Shown here: in pieces, positions 1-15,300 of the stretch
How the letters are laid out: the number at the start of each line of letters is the position of its first letter
How positions within the stretch are numbered: the first letter of the stretch is position 1
Origin: Marsupella aquatica
Taxonomy: Eukaryota > Plantae > Marchantiophyta
NCBI GenBank assembly: GCA_973895155.1
Contig: OZ316898.1
Coordinates: 870,751-934,750 of the forward strand
Length of the DNA stretch: 64,000 nt
Reading direction: 5' to 3'
Notes under the pieces: generated by a model
The model's database searches: none
What the model was told of the DNA's origin: nothing
The model's input: the letters and a program-made list of their open reading frames with translations, nothing else
Made by a program: the position numbers and the translations under genes

Positions 1-2904
1 CAAAGCTTCAAGGCTAACACCATAGAGAGTTGGATTACGCAGCATTCTGATGTATAGGTATGTGTAACCCAACCATGTGCAAGCTTCCCGAGCATTTTGA
101 ACACTCCCAAGCACAATCTCTGCATTAAGGTTATCGGCCAGCCTTGAAATATACTGGCTCTCGATTGGCAGTTGTTGGTTCATCAATGACAGATAGTACT
201 GCAGTTCACTGTGACCAGTAATGATAATCCCCTCTCCATACGTATCAAACTGTGGCCTTCCAGCACGACCGAGCATCTGCATCACGTCTAGTGGGCTCAG
301 CTCCGTCCAGGATCCTTTCTCAGGATTGTATATCTGCGTCCCCTTGATGATGACAGTGTGGGCCGGAAGATTCACACCCCACGCCAAAGTGGCAGTGGAC
401 ACCAAAACCTGAATATGACCATCCGCAAATAGATCCTCAACCAGGGTACGATCAGTCCTAGCCATGCCTGCATGATGAATTGCAAAACCATAAGGAAGAA
501 GTTCCCTCAAGTCATTGCTCTTCACTGATTCGGTTTCCGTCTGCAAGATTTCACGGCTGGCACTATCCTCTTTGAGAAATCGTCCGAGGGTGTCATTCGC
601 CAGAGCCACATCTCTGATGGCGCGCGCGGTCTTTGCAGTCTCCTTCCTTGAGTGCACAAATATCAAAACCTGATGCTTACCTGCGACCTCCATCACTTTC
701 TCATAACAAATCTCATTCATCAACTGGAACCGCTGCAATGGCTTACGGACCGTAATTCCAATGTACTGCTGAGCCAAGGGGCATGGCCTATAACTGTTGT
801 CAAAATGAAACAACCCTTTATGTTTGTCCACCCTCAGGAAGATTGCAACATCATCATAATTTGGCAGCGTCGCAGAGAGACCCACCAGCCTGATCATTTC
901 CTGAGTTGTCTCGATCTGCCTCACAGTTCTTGCGACTATGCTCTCAAGCACAGGACCACGATTGTCATGCAAGAGGTGGATCTCGTCAATGATGAGAAGT
1001 TTAACCATTTGAGTGTAGGTCCTATCACCCGACTTCCTGGTGATGATATCCCACTTTTCAGGAGTTGTCACGATGATCTGAGTCTCTTCTATCTGCTGCC
1101 TAGAGAGAGTCTGATCTCCGGTCAATTCCTTGACTGAGACTCCATAATCCTTCAACCGATTGGACAAATTCCCCACCATTTCAGCTACAAGGGCCTTCAT
1201 TGGTGCCACGTACACAATCTTAAAGCCACTCAGGTTAATACTGCCATCATCGTTGCGATTGAGCCCAATCTCATGAAGAATAGTTAACATGGCCACATTC
1301 GTTTTCCCAGCTCCAGTTGGAGCACAAAGGAGCAGATTTTCTGGAGTAAAAAGGGCAGTTTCATACACCTTGCTCTGAACTCTGTTGAGCGTTTTCATTC
1401 CTGCGTAAGCTGGCTGCGCCCAGTCAGGCATGTCGGCAATCTTCACAAGCTCTTCACCCTCTGCGAATGGCTTCGGCTTCAAGGCTGGCACGTGCACTTC
1501 CTCGTAGCCCTTCTTCGCTGTCCTGAAAGATCCCTGAGGTAGCTCACATCTCTTGTTGGCCATAAGAAAGCCTCCTTGATGGAAGGAGAGCTGTTCCAGG
1601 TCTAAGAGTTGCCGCTGTCCCTTCAGCCAACCACCATCTCCACCTCCAACGGTCTCATACCTCTGACTCTTACCACCCTGCCCACCTCCTTCATCCCTAA
1701 GCTTTCTAGCTTCCTCCCTGATATTCCTTTCCAACATTTTCTGCCTTTCTTTCGCCGTCGCTCTCGTGGCATGAAGTTGCTCTAAGATAGCTGACAAAGC
1801 AGGTCCCCCCTCGCTCATTTCCTCCTCAATCATTTTCTTAGCTTCATCGTCCTCAGCCCTTGCCAAACGAGTACACCAGACTACCTTCAGCCGGTTTCTC
1901 AGCAGTAACTTGATGAGGTCGAACTTGTCATAATCTAAGAGCATCACTAACCTATTCTCCACATCCCGGTCATCTCCTTCTGCTAGATACTTCAACACTT
2001 CTTCCGCGTTCTTCTGACTTAGCTGAGGATCAATATCTCCATACGCCTGAGAGATCTTCCTTTGTAACCAATAGGCATCAATATCTTGCACGTTCAACCC
2101 CTCATTCACTTCCTCCATTTCCTCATCATCAATTCCCCCCATTTGCATGCCCTCAGCCTCATGGGTTTCCTGCCCATCCTCCTCACCTCCGCTGTCTTCT
2201 TGTACCTCATCTAAGTCGCTCTCTTCTTCCTCCTCCTCCTCCTCAAACTCCACAGCAACACCAATGTCGTCATCCAACGCCTCCCCCGCACCCCCAACAA
2301 CACCATCTCCGGCCTCATGGTAATCACTAATAAGCTTGCCTATCGATACAAGTTGTGTGAAGCGCTCCTGCGAAGTTGTGTTCAAGAGTTTTTCTATTTC
2401 CTTTTTTTTGTCAGGGTCCTTGATCTTATCATTCTTCAAAACGGCCAGTACCTCGTCGGCTGCCCCTCTCAGAATGTCCTGAGGCTGGTCCCCAAACTGC
2501 AGCTGGATGGTGCTCAGCAGTGCCTCGTAAGCTGCTCTAGTTTCCTTCGTTTTCGGTCTGTACATCCCATCATCGACTATGGAGAACACACTATCGTCCT
2601 GGGCAGAACGCTGCCGCTTGCTCGGCTTCTTCGGAACGTCTAGAAATGTTTTCTCCTTTTCTTTGGCCTCTCTCCTCTTCTTCGACTTGGTCAACTTCTC
2701 TTCCAGCTCTACAGGCTTCCCATGGTACACACGGTCTCCGAAGGACTTCGGATCGATCTTCCCATACAAGCTCTCCGGCTCTCCGGTAGGCTCATGTGTG
2801 TCGCGTGGCCTACTGTCGGTAGTCAGCACCAGCGAAGAATTGGCCCTGTATTCGTATTGCTTGAATCGAGCGTGCGCCTCCGCTCCCCCTCCCAAGTGCG
2901 CCAT
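1..2904 (-). CDS. BRR2: U5 snRNP 200 kDa Ski2-like DExH helicase BRR2, 5' part (continues beyond window start)
   Basis: Manual translation from ATG at 2904 gives MAHLGGGAEAHARFKQYEYRANSSLVLTTD. Internal motifs include CAPTGAGKTNVAML, IIDEIHLLHD, STATLAWGVNLPAH and QMLGRAGRPQFD. The frame is open to base 1 (…WLGYTYLYIRMLRNPTLYG), with no intron evident. Confidence 0.96.
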   Translation of the reverse strand, partial: MAHLGGGAEAHARFKQYEYRANSSLVLTTDSRPRDTHEPTGEPESLYGKIDPKSFGDRVYHGKPVELEEKLTKSKKRREAKEKEKTFLDVPKKPSKRQRSAQDDSVFSIVDDGMYRPKTKETRAAYEALLSTIQLQFGDQPQDILRGAADEVLAVLKNDKIKDPDKKKEIEKLLNTTSQERFTQLVSIGKLISDYHEAGDGVVGGAGEALDDDIGVAVEFEEEEEEEESDLDEVQEDSGGEEDGQETHEAEGMQMGGIDDEEMEEVNEGLNVQDIDAYWLQRKISQAYGDIDPQLSQKNAEEVLKYLAEGDDRDVENRLVMLLDYDKFDLIKLLLRNRLKVVWCTRLARAEDDEAKKMIEEEMSEGGPALSAILEQLHATRATAKERQKMLERNIREEARKLRDEGGGQGGKSQRYETVGGGDGGWLKGQRQLLDLEQLSFHQGGFLMANKRCELPQGSFRTAKKGYEEVHVPALKPKPFAEGEELVKIADMPDWAQPAYAGMKTLNRVQSKVYETALFTPENLLLCAPTGAGKTNVAMLTILHEIGLNRNDDGSINLSGFKIVYVAPMKALVAEMVGNLSNRLKDYGVSVKELTGDQTLSRQQIEETQIIVTTPEKWDIITRKSGDRTYTQMVKLLIIDEIHLLHDNRGPVLESIVARTVRQIETTQEMIRLVGLSATLPNYDDVAIFLRVDKHKGLFHFDNSYRPCPLAQQYIGITVRKPLQRFQLMNEICYEKVMEVAGKHQVLIFVHSRKETAKTARAIRDVALANDTLGRFLKEDSASREILQTETESVKSNDLRELLPYGFAIHHAGMARTDRTLVEDLFADGHIQVLVSTATLAWGVNLPAHTVIIKGTQIYNPEKGSWTELSPLDVMQMLGRAGRPQFDTYGEGIIITGHSELQYYLSLMNQQLPIESQYISRLADNLNAEIVLGSVQNAREACTWLGYTYLYIRMLRNPTLYGVSLEAL

Positions 2905-3064
2905 CTTCACACCCTAAGCTCTCCCTCTATCGAACTTCTACATAAATTCAGGGAAATCCTCTGCCAGATCGTCAGGGTGCTGCTCCTTCTTTCGCGCCTA
3001 TCGTTCTTCTTTCATCCGAGTTTCTTCGCGATCTCAGAACTCTCTTCTAGCTCCCCTACTGGAC

Positions 3065-3452
3065 CTGCAGCGATGGAAGGGAACAAATTGTTGCGGCACA
3101 GACAAGCAAGAGTTCGAAATAACAACATGGACAGCTTTTTCAACACATCTCAGGATCTAGAAATACCCTAAACCCGCTCGGTCTCGAGACGGATGAGGGA
3201 AGCAATCGAAAAACCGCCCGAGACGAATAACATTGTGGAAACTCTCCCTTTCGCAATACTACGCTCCGTGGAGCAACTACACTACGAGAAAGACTTTGAA
3301 GCAAACTGCACTCAAATCAGAAGGATGAACTAAACCCCGATTCTGAGGTTTCCGTCAGCCAAGAATTTTACCTATACAGGCTAAAACCCTAACAATTTCG
3401 CAGATTCCAAGTCCCAAGTCTCTCACGGAGGAGAAGCAGTAGTAGTACTCAC
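3065..3452 (-). other. Probable 5'UTR intron of BRR2 containing a telo-box
   Basis: Minus-strand donor GTGAGT at 3452 and pyrimidine-rich TGCAG acceptor ending at 3065. AAACCCTAA lies at 3384-3392. Confidence 0.55.
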
Positions 3453-3784
3453 GCAGGCCTTGACGTTGCTCCACATTCTTCTTGCTTACGTCTCCTTGCT
3501 CGTCCAAAGCCTTCGAGCCCACGACAATGTTGGAAATGTCGGCTTCCTCCAATGAAGGGAGCGATGGAGGGGAAGGGCAAAACACAGGAATGATCCCGCG
3601 AAAGGGAAAGATTTTGGAACGCTTGTTTCCCAGAGAACGAACGAACGAACAACGGAACAGATTTCCACTGTAGATCGAAAACTCTCTCTAGTCTCTCTAG
3701 TCTCATCTCACTAGTCTCAGTAGATCATAAAAGATTACAGTACTTCGTATGTCTTCAAGAATTTTTGGATATTAGGGGGTCTCA

Positions 3785-3956
3785 TCAAAGCTGACAATTA
3801 TTTGATGAACTTTAAGCCCCTAGTTAACAGTTATAGTTATGAACACACACAAAGGTGGGGATGTCTCAAAGCTGACAATTAGTTGATGCACTTTAAGTCC
3901 CTAGTTAACTGTTATGAACACACAAAGTTGTTACCTTTTATGAACACACAAAGGTG
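3785..3956. repeat. Imperfect ~80-bp tandem duplication
   Basis: TCAAAGCTGACAATTA..GATG.ACTTTAAG..CCCTAGTTAAC.GTTAT…GAACACACAAAG occurs twice, plus a partial third copy. Confidence 0.8.
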
Positions 3957-5393
3957 CTGATTAGGGAATTCAAAGTCCATGACTTTTTGCCATAAGGATT
4001 AGTCATATTCTTGTATTGTCAGTCACATTATGACCATTCCTTAACAGCCAAATGTCATCATCCCTAATTTCAAACTTTGAATAGCCCTAATTGTACAAGG
4101 GATGCTATACAACAAGGGTAACACACAAAAAAGTTGAAGTTGGAGCAACCCTATGGTGGTATTGTTTGATAATTAAGCTAGTCGCATCAATTCTTTTTCT
4201 TTTTGAAATAAGGAGAAACCCTGGCCCATGCTTCAGTTGGACATTCACAATCGGATTCCAATTCATGGATTACTCGGTCCTTGTTTGGGAGAAAACCCAA
4301 AAACTTAAGAATCGAAGGGCCTTGGCCGCCATGGGGTACTCCAAGAAAGATAATACCAAAAGTTTGGAGGTCACTTGGGTTTTATCCAACCCCACAGGGA
4401 CATTTTTTCCTGCCTTGAAAGCAAAAAGCAGAGCCATCCAACACACCATAGATGTTCGGCTCCAGAGCATGCGATTTTGTATGGTAGGCACAATGGGGGA
4501 TACACCCAGGGATGCGACAGGGACCTAGATCAGGAGAACGATCGAAGATAAGGTGTAAAGACCCAAAGATCTCCAAGCCAACTGAAGCAAGCATAACAAA
4601 TCCCCAATGTAACGAGCAACTGCACTTGCCTTCAATCTCTTTCAGCTTGGCCTAGTCTATGGGTAGCAACCACAATGTTGTTTGCACCACTAGGATCCAA
4701 AGTGACCATGTCCCCAAGGACAGTACTCCTGCCTAAGAAAAGACCAGATCACCCCCTCACGTGAGGAAATATTGGGACTGAATGATCAAATATACAAAGG
4801 GGACGCTTAGTTAAGTCTTTTTGGGTCACATACCCAGTAATAACCCTTTGGGAACCAAACTACAAACAAACAAAGCAAAGTCTCACCCCACAATAGAGTG
4901 CCCTATGGTACACATGTAAACATTAACTGATGTTAAGTGGAGGTGTTGTCAAGCATAAGTAAGTGAGATGGCCAGGTAGACAAATGCTGCAAGCAGAGCT
5001 GCACGAAGTCAAGGAGTCTGCCTAACAACTGGATTTCAAGAAGGGTGCAAGCTAGGAAGAGTCATGGAAAGAGGTGCGTAGTGGCACCTTTAGGTCTATC
5101 TCTTTGTAGGAAAAAATGTCACCCTAGGCAAACTACCAAGGAGGCTTTTACCAAACTAACATTTAGTAAACAATCCATGACAAAGAAGAGCCCAGGGATT
5201 ACATACTAGAGTACTATTTCTGATAACTACCACAAGTGTCTGTTCTGCCTGTTCATTTCTGATAACTACCACAAGTGACACATTGAACCCGCCCAAAATG
5301 ACTTGGACCAGAATTTACTTAAAACTAGTTTATAGGTTGCAACCCATTCCAAGAAGGGCACTAAGGGGTGTCTTGCATGCAAGGTTGCCCTAA

Positions 5394-5926
5394 GAGCCAA
5401 CTCACATGTGAAGGTACTCAAGAAATCAGCCCTCAGTTTGTGAAAAGTAAATATAAAGCAGATCTTGTTTGACAACAATATTTGTTACCTGGCTCAAGAC
5501 AAAGCTTGCTATGACAGAGTTTTACATGTGTCCTGTTTGGACTTTTGTTTTAAGCTTTTGTTGTTAACTCCTAATTTTTTGCGGTTAGGCCTGGCACAGT
5601 TTGGACTTTTGTTTTAAGCTTTTGTTGTAACTCCTAATTTTTTGCTGTTAGGCCTGGCACTGGAAAGGGTTAAGGCATGGTTAGGCCTAGCACCGGAAAG
5701 GGTTAAGGCATTGTTCTCTTATTCACTTATTTTCTGCCATGAGTTAGTTTGAAGGCAGGTAAAGGTAGGGCAGCTCCAGAAAGGGCTGAGGCAGACATTG
5801 TTCTCTGATTCACTTATCTTCGGCCAGCTCCGTAAAAGGCATTGTTCTCTCATTCACTTTATCCCTTTTGCCATGAGTTAGTTTGAAGGCAGGTAAAGGT
5901 AGGGCAGCTCACATGTGAGTTGGCTC
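5394..5926. mobile_element. Tourist/Harbinger-like MITE with internal tandem duplications
   Basis: Perfect 19-bp inverted repeat (AGAGCCAACTCACATGTGA 5393-5411 / 5909-5927). Taking the ends at GAGC gives flanks TAA / TAT, an imperfect 3-bp TSD. Confidence 0.5.
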
Positions 5927-6297
5927 TATGGGGGGGGTTGAACTTGGGAGCAGTTAAAAGAGTCCCTTTCTATGGGGGGGTTGAACTTGGGAGCAGTTAA
6001 AAGAGGCCCTTTCAAATGGCCCCTGTTGTGCAGCTCACGTGTCTAGGGGACTCTTGACAACATTGAAGAGCTCCCGCAAAAGGTTCATAGAACGCCCCAA
6101 AGCTCCAAAGGGCGGAGGGAGGAGAAGGGGACAATTCCACCCTGAATGAGCTCAGAAGCAACGGATTCAGTACACAAATGTGTGCCTACAACTTCTGCTT
6201 CTGCTCTATTCCAAGGCAGGGAAAGAACCCAAGCCGTGAGTTCGATCAGATTGCTGTTTGAGCAGCTGCAGGGTGGCTGAGCTTGTGCTTGCCAAAG

Positions 6298-9491
<3,194 letters not shown>

Positions 9492-11192
9492 AAGCGTATT
9501 TTAATTTGTCGAAATCACATTTCTGTAAGCTCAATTCTCTGCACCAAGCGATGCTCAACAGATGCAAAGATTTCTGTCAAGACAGTTTCTGAAACGATGC
9601 TGGGCGCGGTTTTCTTAATGTCCTGTCGAGTTATGGTGGAGACACGTCCTATTGAATTTGCCATTAGAGATAATTTCGAGCTAAGTTAGAGTACGAAGCA
9701 GTCTTGCAAACATTACTTGCAACGGCTTCTTCTTAGGCTATATATTACATTACACGAGTGCATGGACTTGGGAGTCATGCTCGTGTCCCTCCCCATGTGA
9801 CGAGCAGGAACAGTCGAGATTCTGCTTTCACGTGTGGCAATTTTGTCAAAGAGCAAGGGTTTGTCAATAATTCACAACAGCTGCTTTGGATTGGTAAAAC
9901 AGAGAACGAGGTGAATGTGTTGGTCTGGAGCTTTCTGAGAAATATATTTTAAAAAATCACTGCAAACCAAGTTTAAATTCTGACGCCTATCTCTTTTCTA
10001 TCCTGCTATGAAACATAGTTGGGATGGTTGTTCCTATTTCACTTTTCTTCATTCTTTGAAGATTCTGTTTCTTATTATATAGTCAAGGCAACATAGAATA
10101 ATGCTGTATGGGGGATCGACTCAGGTAAAATGTCTCCTTGACTTTCTGTAGCGGTGGACGGAGAATCTGTGCAGTATCTATGTTGGAGATTAGCTGGAGC
10201 ACCTGATGACAATGCTCGTTCTTCTAACGTATGGGTTGGCTCTTGGGCATCGGGGTGTTATCTGGGTATTGTTTGTGGCTGACGAAGTTTGATGGCAGTG
10301 ATTGCACGTGTACGTGAGGTTTTCGAAGTAATGAGAAGACACAAGCTCTTAGAACTTCTGTCATTGACTGTTTGGGCTCGGAGGATTCAAAAGAGCAACA
10401 GCTCAGGAACAAAGCACCGGTGTAAACATAATGTACAAAAGGAACCAGCAGCAAGTATACATTGTAAGAAAAGCTCCCCTCTGTAGCGTTTTGGCAGATT
10501 GGTGAAGTTCCATAACAGAACCTGAGTTCGTGTTGCACATACCTTCAACCAAAAACATGCAAACGGAGAATAGCATGACTACTTCACTGGTAGTTTCCTG
10601 CGGCTCTGTGGACAGTGTTCGATACTTCTTGAGATATCACTTGAGCTTTGCCTCGAGAAAATGCTTCTTGTTATGTCCTGCTCCTTACTTTCTCTCACTC
10701 CCGGAAGAATTTGCATTTGGTTAGTGTTAGTGTATTTTTTCAGATACAATGTGTGACCTAATTGAATCTCATATAATCTACATTCCATGAAAGTTTCTAG
10801 TTTGAGTGTTAACTGATTTATCACCTAGTGCAATATCGAATTCCTCCAAAAGGAGCCTTTGTCTATTTCCAAACATCTTTTGGAGGGGATTATACTCTCA
10901 CTTTTGGAGGGAATCCAGGACAAATCACTCCTTGGGCCATGGGGATTATCTGAGAATAAGGCATATTATAAACTAAACAAATGTATAGAAATATGTACCA
11001 CTAGCCATGACAAAGCCACTAGCGATGACAAAAACCTGGTTACACCAGATTTCACCATTTTTAGCACTTTCCTTAAATTTTTTAGTACTTTTCCTTAAAT
11101 TCTGGAGCAAAGTCTCACCCTAGAGGAGAGGAATGTGAAAAACTTTTATATGCCCAGTGGTGGTTTAACGACACAATACACTTATAAACTTA

Positions 11193-11414
11193 GTGGGCAG
11201 TGGGATTATCTGAAAATAAGGCATATTATAAACTTAAACAGATGTATAAAAATATGTGTGCAAAGTGAACAGAAAACAAATTATAAACTTAAGCAAATGT
11301 ATAGTGGGCCGTGGGATTATCTGAAACTAAGGCATATTATAAACTTAAATAAATGTGTAGAAAGGTGTGGGCAAAGTGAACACAAAATAAATTATAAACT
11401 TAAGCAAATGTATA
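11193..11414. repeat. 2 x 111-bp tandem repeat (partial third copy at ~10933-10996)
   Basis: GTGGGC.GTGGGATTATCTGAAA.TAAGGCATATTATAAACTTAAA… starts at 11193 and again at 11304. Confidence 0.85.
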
Positions 11415-11713
11415 GAAATATTTTGTCCAAAGTAAAAGCAATTTACATGAGTACATGTGATATAGAACATGAATAGCAGTGTTTTTGCAGGTTTGCTGTG
11501 ATTTTGTTTTTCAGTAGGTCATATTTTTGTGTTTGGTTGGTGTGTGGTGTAGTTTTATTTCCCTTAGCACACACACACACACACAGAGCTTCTTTTTAGG
11601 TGCAATTATTAAAAAAATCAAAGCTACCACTAGACAAGTAGGCAAGAAAGGAAATTTAAACATATCTTAAGGGCCAACTCAAAGCTAGAGTTGGGGCCTA
11701 GACTACTAAAGTG

Positions 11714-12152
11714 TGTTGAGCATAGACGACGATCGCAACGGCAAGCCCATGAACCATCCAACGCACAATAGTCGACACAAGAGATACGTGGTTCACCTCC
11801 TTGAGGCTACGTCCACGGGAACACACAAGAGAGCTTTACTGAACTCTAAGCCCGTCGGCTATACCGAGTCTCCACAGTGTAAGCTCTCCCTATCTCTCAA
11901 GTGGCTCCATAACAATGAGCCTTGGTTCTACCTCTCCAAGCACACATGCCTCTTATGATATAGTGTGCAACTTAGTTGTACCTAACCACATAGTTGTACC
12001 TAATCACGTAGTTGTACCTAATCACGTAGTTGTACCTAACCACATAGTTGTACCTAATCACGTAGTTGTACCTAACCACGTAGTTGTACCAACCCACGTT
12101 GTTGTACCAACCACGTCATACCTAACCTAGACGTAAGAGTAAATACCCAACA
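11714..12152 (-). repeat. 3' LTR (439 bp, eight 18-bp units)
   Basis: Matches 16099-16519 except for one substitution seen (GACGAC/GACGAT) and one extra 18-bp unit. Confidence 0.95.
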
Positions 12153-12343
12153 ATCTTCCCCTTGACTCTGGTCTAGGGGAGAGTAATACTGCCAATGTAT
12201 ATGATCCCTCAGCGGGAAGTTCTGGACAGAAACCAAACCGGTTTCCCTCTCTAACTAGAGCAAACCAGAACTAAGCCGTAGCCTAATACATAGGAATGAG
12301 GAAGAGCATATATCAGTAATTACAATGAATGTTTAAGAAAACT

Positions 12344-15300
12344 CTACTTGTGATACAATTGCAAAACCTGCAATACGTCACGGTGTCTAGAGAAACTCTC
12401 CAAAGGAATCACTTTGGTAAATGCGTCAGCCGGGTTGAGTTTACCATCAATCTTGACTAGCTCAAACAAATTATCAGACACAGCTTGCCTGATAAAATGG
12501 TACCTGACGTCAATGTGCTTCACTCTGCTGTCCATCACCTGGTTCACAGCAAGGTGGAGCGCACTTTGACTATCACAATGGAGCTTCACATTCCCCTGTG
12601 GCAATCCCATTTCAGTGATAAGTCTATCCAACCAAATCGCTTCCTTTGCTGCTTCCGCAGCTGCAACATACTCCGCTTCTGTAGTAGACTGAGCAATACA
12701 CTTCTGCAAAGTAGACCTCCAACTTATGCATCCACCGCCAAGTGTGAACACGTATCCTGTTGTTGATCTCCTTCGGTCCAAATCTTGTCCATAGTCAGAA
12801 TCTACATAGCCAATCAATGATCTAGCATTCTTTGCATTCGCATCAAATAAAAGACCATGATCCACGGTACCCTTCAAGTACCTGATAATCCACTTCACTG
12901 CTTCCCAGTGTACCTTCCCTGGATTCGACATGTACCTGCTCACCTTGCCCATAGCCATGGCAAGATCAGGTCTAGTGCAAGTCATCAAATACATGAGACT
13001 CCCCACTGCCTTGTCATATGGAACCTTTGACATCAACCCCTTCTCTGTGTCATCCGTAGGACAGAACGCTGATGATAACTTGAAGTGTGGAGCCAACGGG
13101 GTACTTACTGGCTTGCTATTCTCCATGTTGAACCTTGCAATTACCTTCCTCGCATAACTGCTCTGCGTCAACCATAGCTTGCCAGCCTCCAAGTCCCTAG
13201 TGATCTCCATACCCAAAATCCTCTTAGCTGGCCCTAAGTCCTTCATCTTAAACTCTGCACTAAGCAGTGCCTTGAGCTTAACAATCTCAGACCTATCCTT
13301 GGCTGCAATTAGCATGTCATCCACATAAAGTACTAAAACAATGAACCCAAAGACAACATTCTTCACCGGTTTCAAATACACACAAGGGTCAAATACACTT
13401 CTGTGAAAACCTTGTGACCGAATCCAATCGTCAAACCGCTTGTTCCACTGTCTTGGTGACTGCTTCAACCCATACAAGGATTTCAGCAATCTGCAAACCA
13501 ATTCCTCCTGTCCTCTCTTCACAAAACCTAGCGGTTGTCTCATGAAGATCACCTCTTCCAATGTGCCATAGAGGAAAGCTGTGACAACATCCATCTGATC
13601 TAGGAGCAGACCAAACATTACAACAAGTACACACAATAGTCGTATTGTAGAGTACTTAGCAACTGGTGAGAAGACCTCATTGTAATCCACACCTTTCTCT
13701 TGTGTGAATCCCTTTGCTACCAATCTAGCCTTGTAGACCTTCGATCCACCTCCTATGGAATTATCCTTCAGCTTGTAAATCCACTTGCTGTCCACCACTT
13801 GCTGACCCTTAGGCAGCTTAACAAGCTCCCAAGTTTTGTTGTCCTTTAGTGACTGCATCTCTGTTTGCATTGCTGCAGTCCACTTCTGCTTCTCCTTTGA
13901 AGCACTTGCCTCATGAAATGAAGAAGGTTCTCCTTCTTCCAAAATTAACGCATCACCCTCATCATCAGCTGTAAAATCATCCTCTTGCAATTGAGATGAA
14001 TCAACCCACTGTCCATACCTTGATGGAGCGCGTACAGTGCGACCAGATGTTCTTCTAGCCGATGACTCCGGTTGATCTGCGTGTGCTGGTACAATTTGAA
14101 GCTCAACAGCATCCACTTGCTGCTCACCAGCATCAACAAACTCCTCTGGTTCCTCTGGCACAGGAACCAGCTCCATAATTGGAGCAACTCCTTCTCTCCG
14201 GTCATGCACCTCATAACCAATCTCCCCCTCAATGAGATCCGGGATAGGAGATTTTCCTTTGTCAGTACGGGAGACCTGAGTATTCTCCCCCTCCTTCAAT
14301 AATCTGGATTCATTGAAGGAAACATCCCTACTGACAACGAGCTTACAAGCAATAGGATCCCATAGCCTATAGGCTTTCACACCACTCTGGTACCCAAGAA
14401 AAACACATTTCCTGGAGGTAGGATCCAACTTGGTCATATTCTGCTTTGGTGTGAGAGCATATGCATCACTTCCAAAAATTACCAAGCCATGATAGTCTGC
14501 TTGCCGCTTATAGCGCATCTCAAACGGCGTTTTGAAATTGATAGCACTAGAAGGAGAAAGATTTACCAAATAAGCTGCGGTATTGACAGCTTCTGCCCAA
14601 AATTCTTGTGGTAAACCTGATTGGCTCAACATACTCCGTGACCGCTCCAACAGTGTCCGATTGAGCCTCTCAGCGACACCATTCTGCTGCGGAGTATAAA
14701 CTGTGGTGAGATGGCGAGTTATCCCCTGTTCTGAACAGTACTCTTCAAATTCCATTGAAGTGTACTCCCCGCCGTTGTCTGACCTCAGACTCTTCACCCT
14801 TGTATCCAAACACTTGATCGTGTTTCCAGTCTGATTCTCCACCTGGGCCTTCCACTTCTTAAAAATGGACAAGACATCAGACTTATGCGTCATGAAATAA
14901 ATCCACACAAATCTTGAGTAATCATCAATAAATGATACATAGTACAACTTTCCAGAGTGTGAGGGAGTCGGGGATGGACCCCACACGTCACTATGTATGT
15001 ACTCAAGAACCGCTTTGGAACGATGAGTTCCAACACCAAAAGCACGACGATGCTGCTTTCCAAGAATGCAATGCTCACAAAACTCTAATTTACAAGATTG
15101 CAAATCAGAAATGAGTCCATTCTTCCGTAAGATAGCCAAACCCTTCTCACTCATGTGGCCTAGCCGTGAATGCCACAGTTGAGTCATCTCCTCGTGAGAC
15201 TTGGTTACATTGGCCTCTCCACATACAGTATTGCCCTGTAACACATACAAATTCTTTTGTCTACTCCCCTTCAAAATCACTGTCTCTCCCGACCTGACTT

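Noticed and set aside
221-3171. Plus-strand ORFs in the track
   Set aside because: Antisense shadows of the BRR2 CDS, which the track omits because it runs off the window.
4091-5200. Possible LINE remnant or 145-aa ORF
   Set aside because: No RT, endonuclease or zinc-finger motif could be recognised with confidence.
11135-11476. 113-aa ORF with internal repeat
   Set aside because: Produced by the 111-bp tandem repeat (a multiple of 3) and starts with GTG.
11973-12115. CRISPR-like appearance of the array
   Set aside because: Contiguous tandem units with no spacers, inside a eukaryotic LTR.
11915-12130. VVVPNH-repeat peptide ORF (also 16300-16497)
   Set aside because: Antisense translation of the 18-bp LTR array; no evidence of coding.
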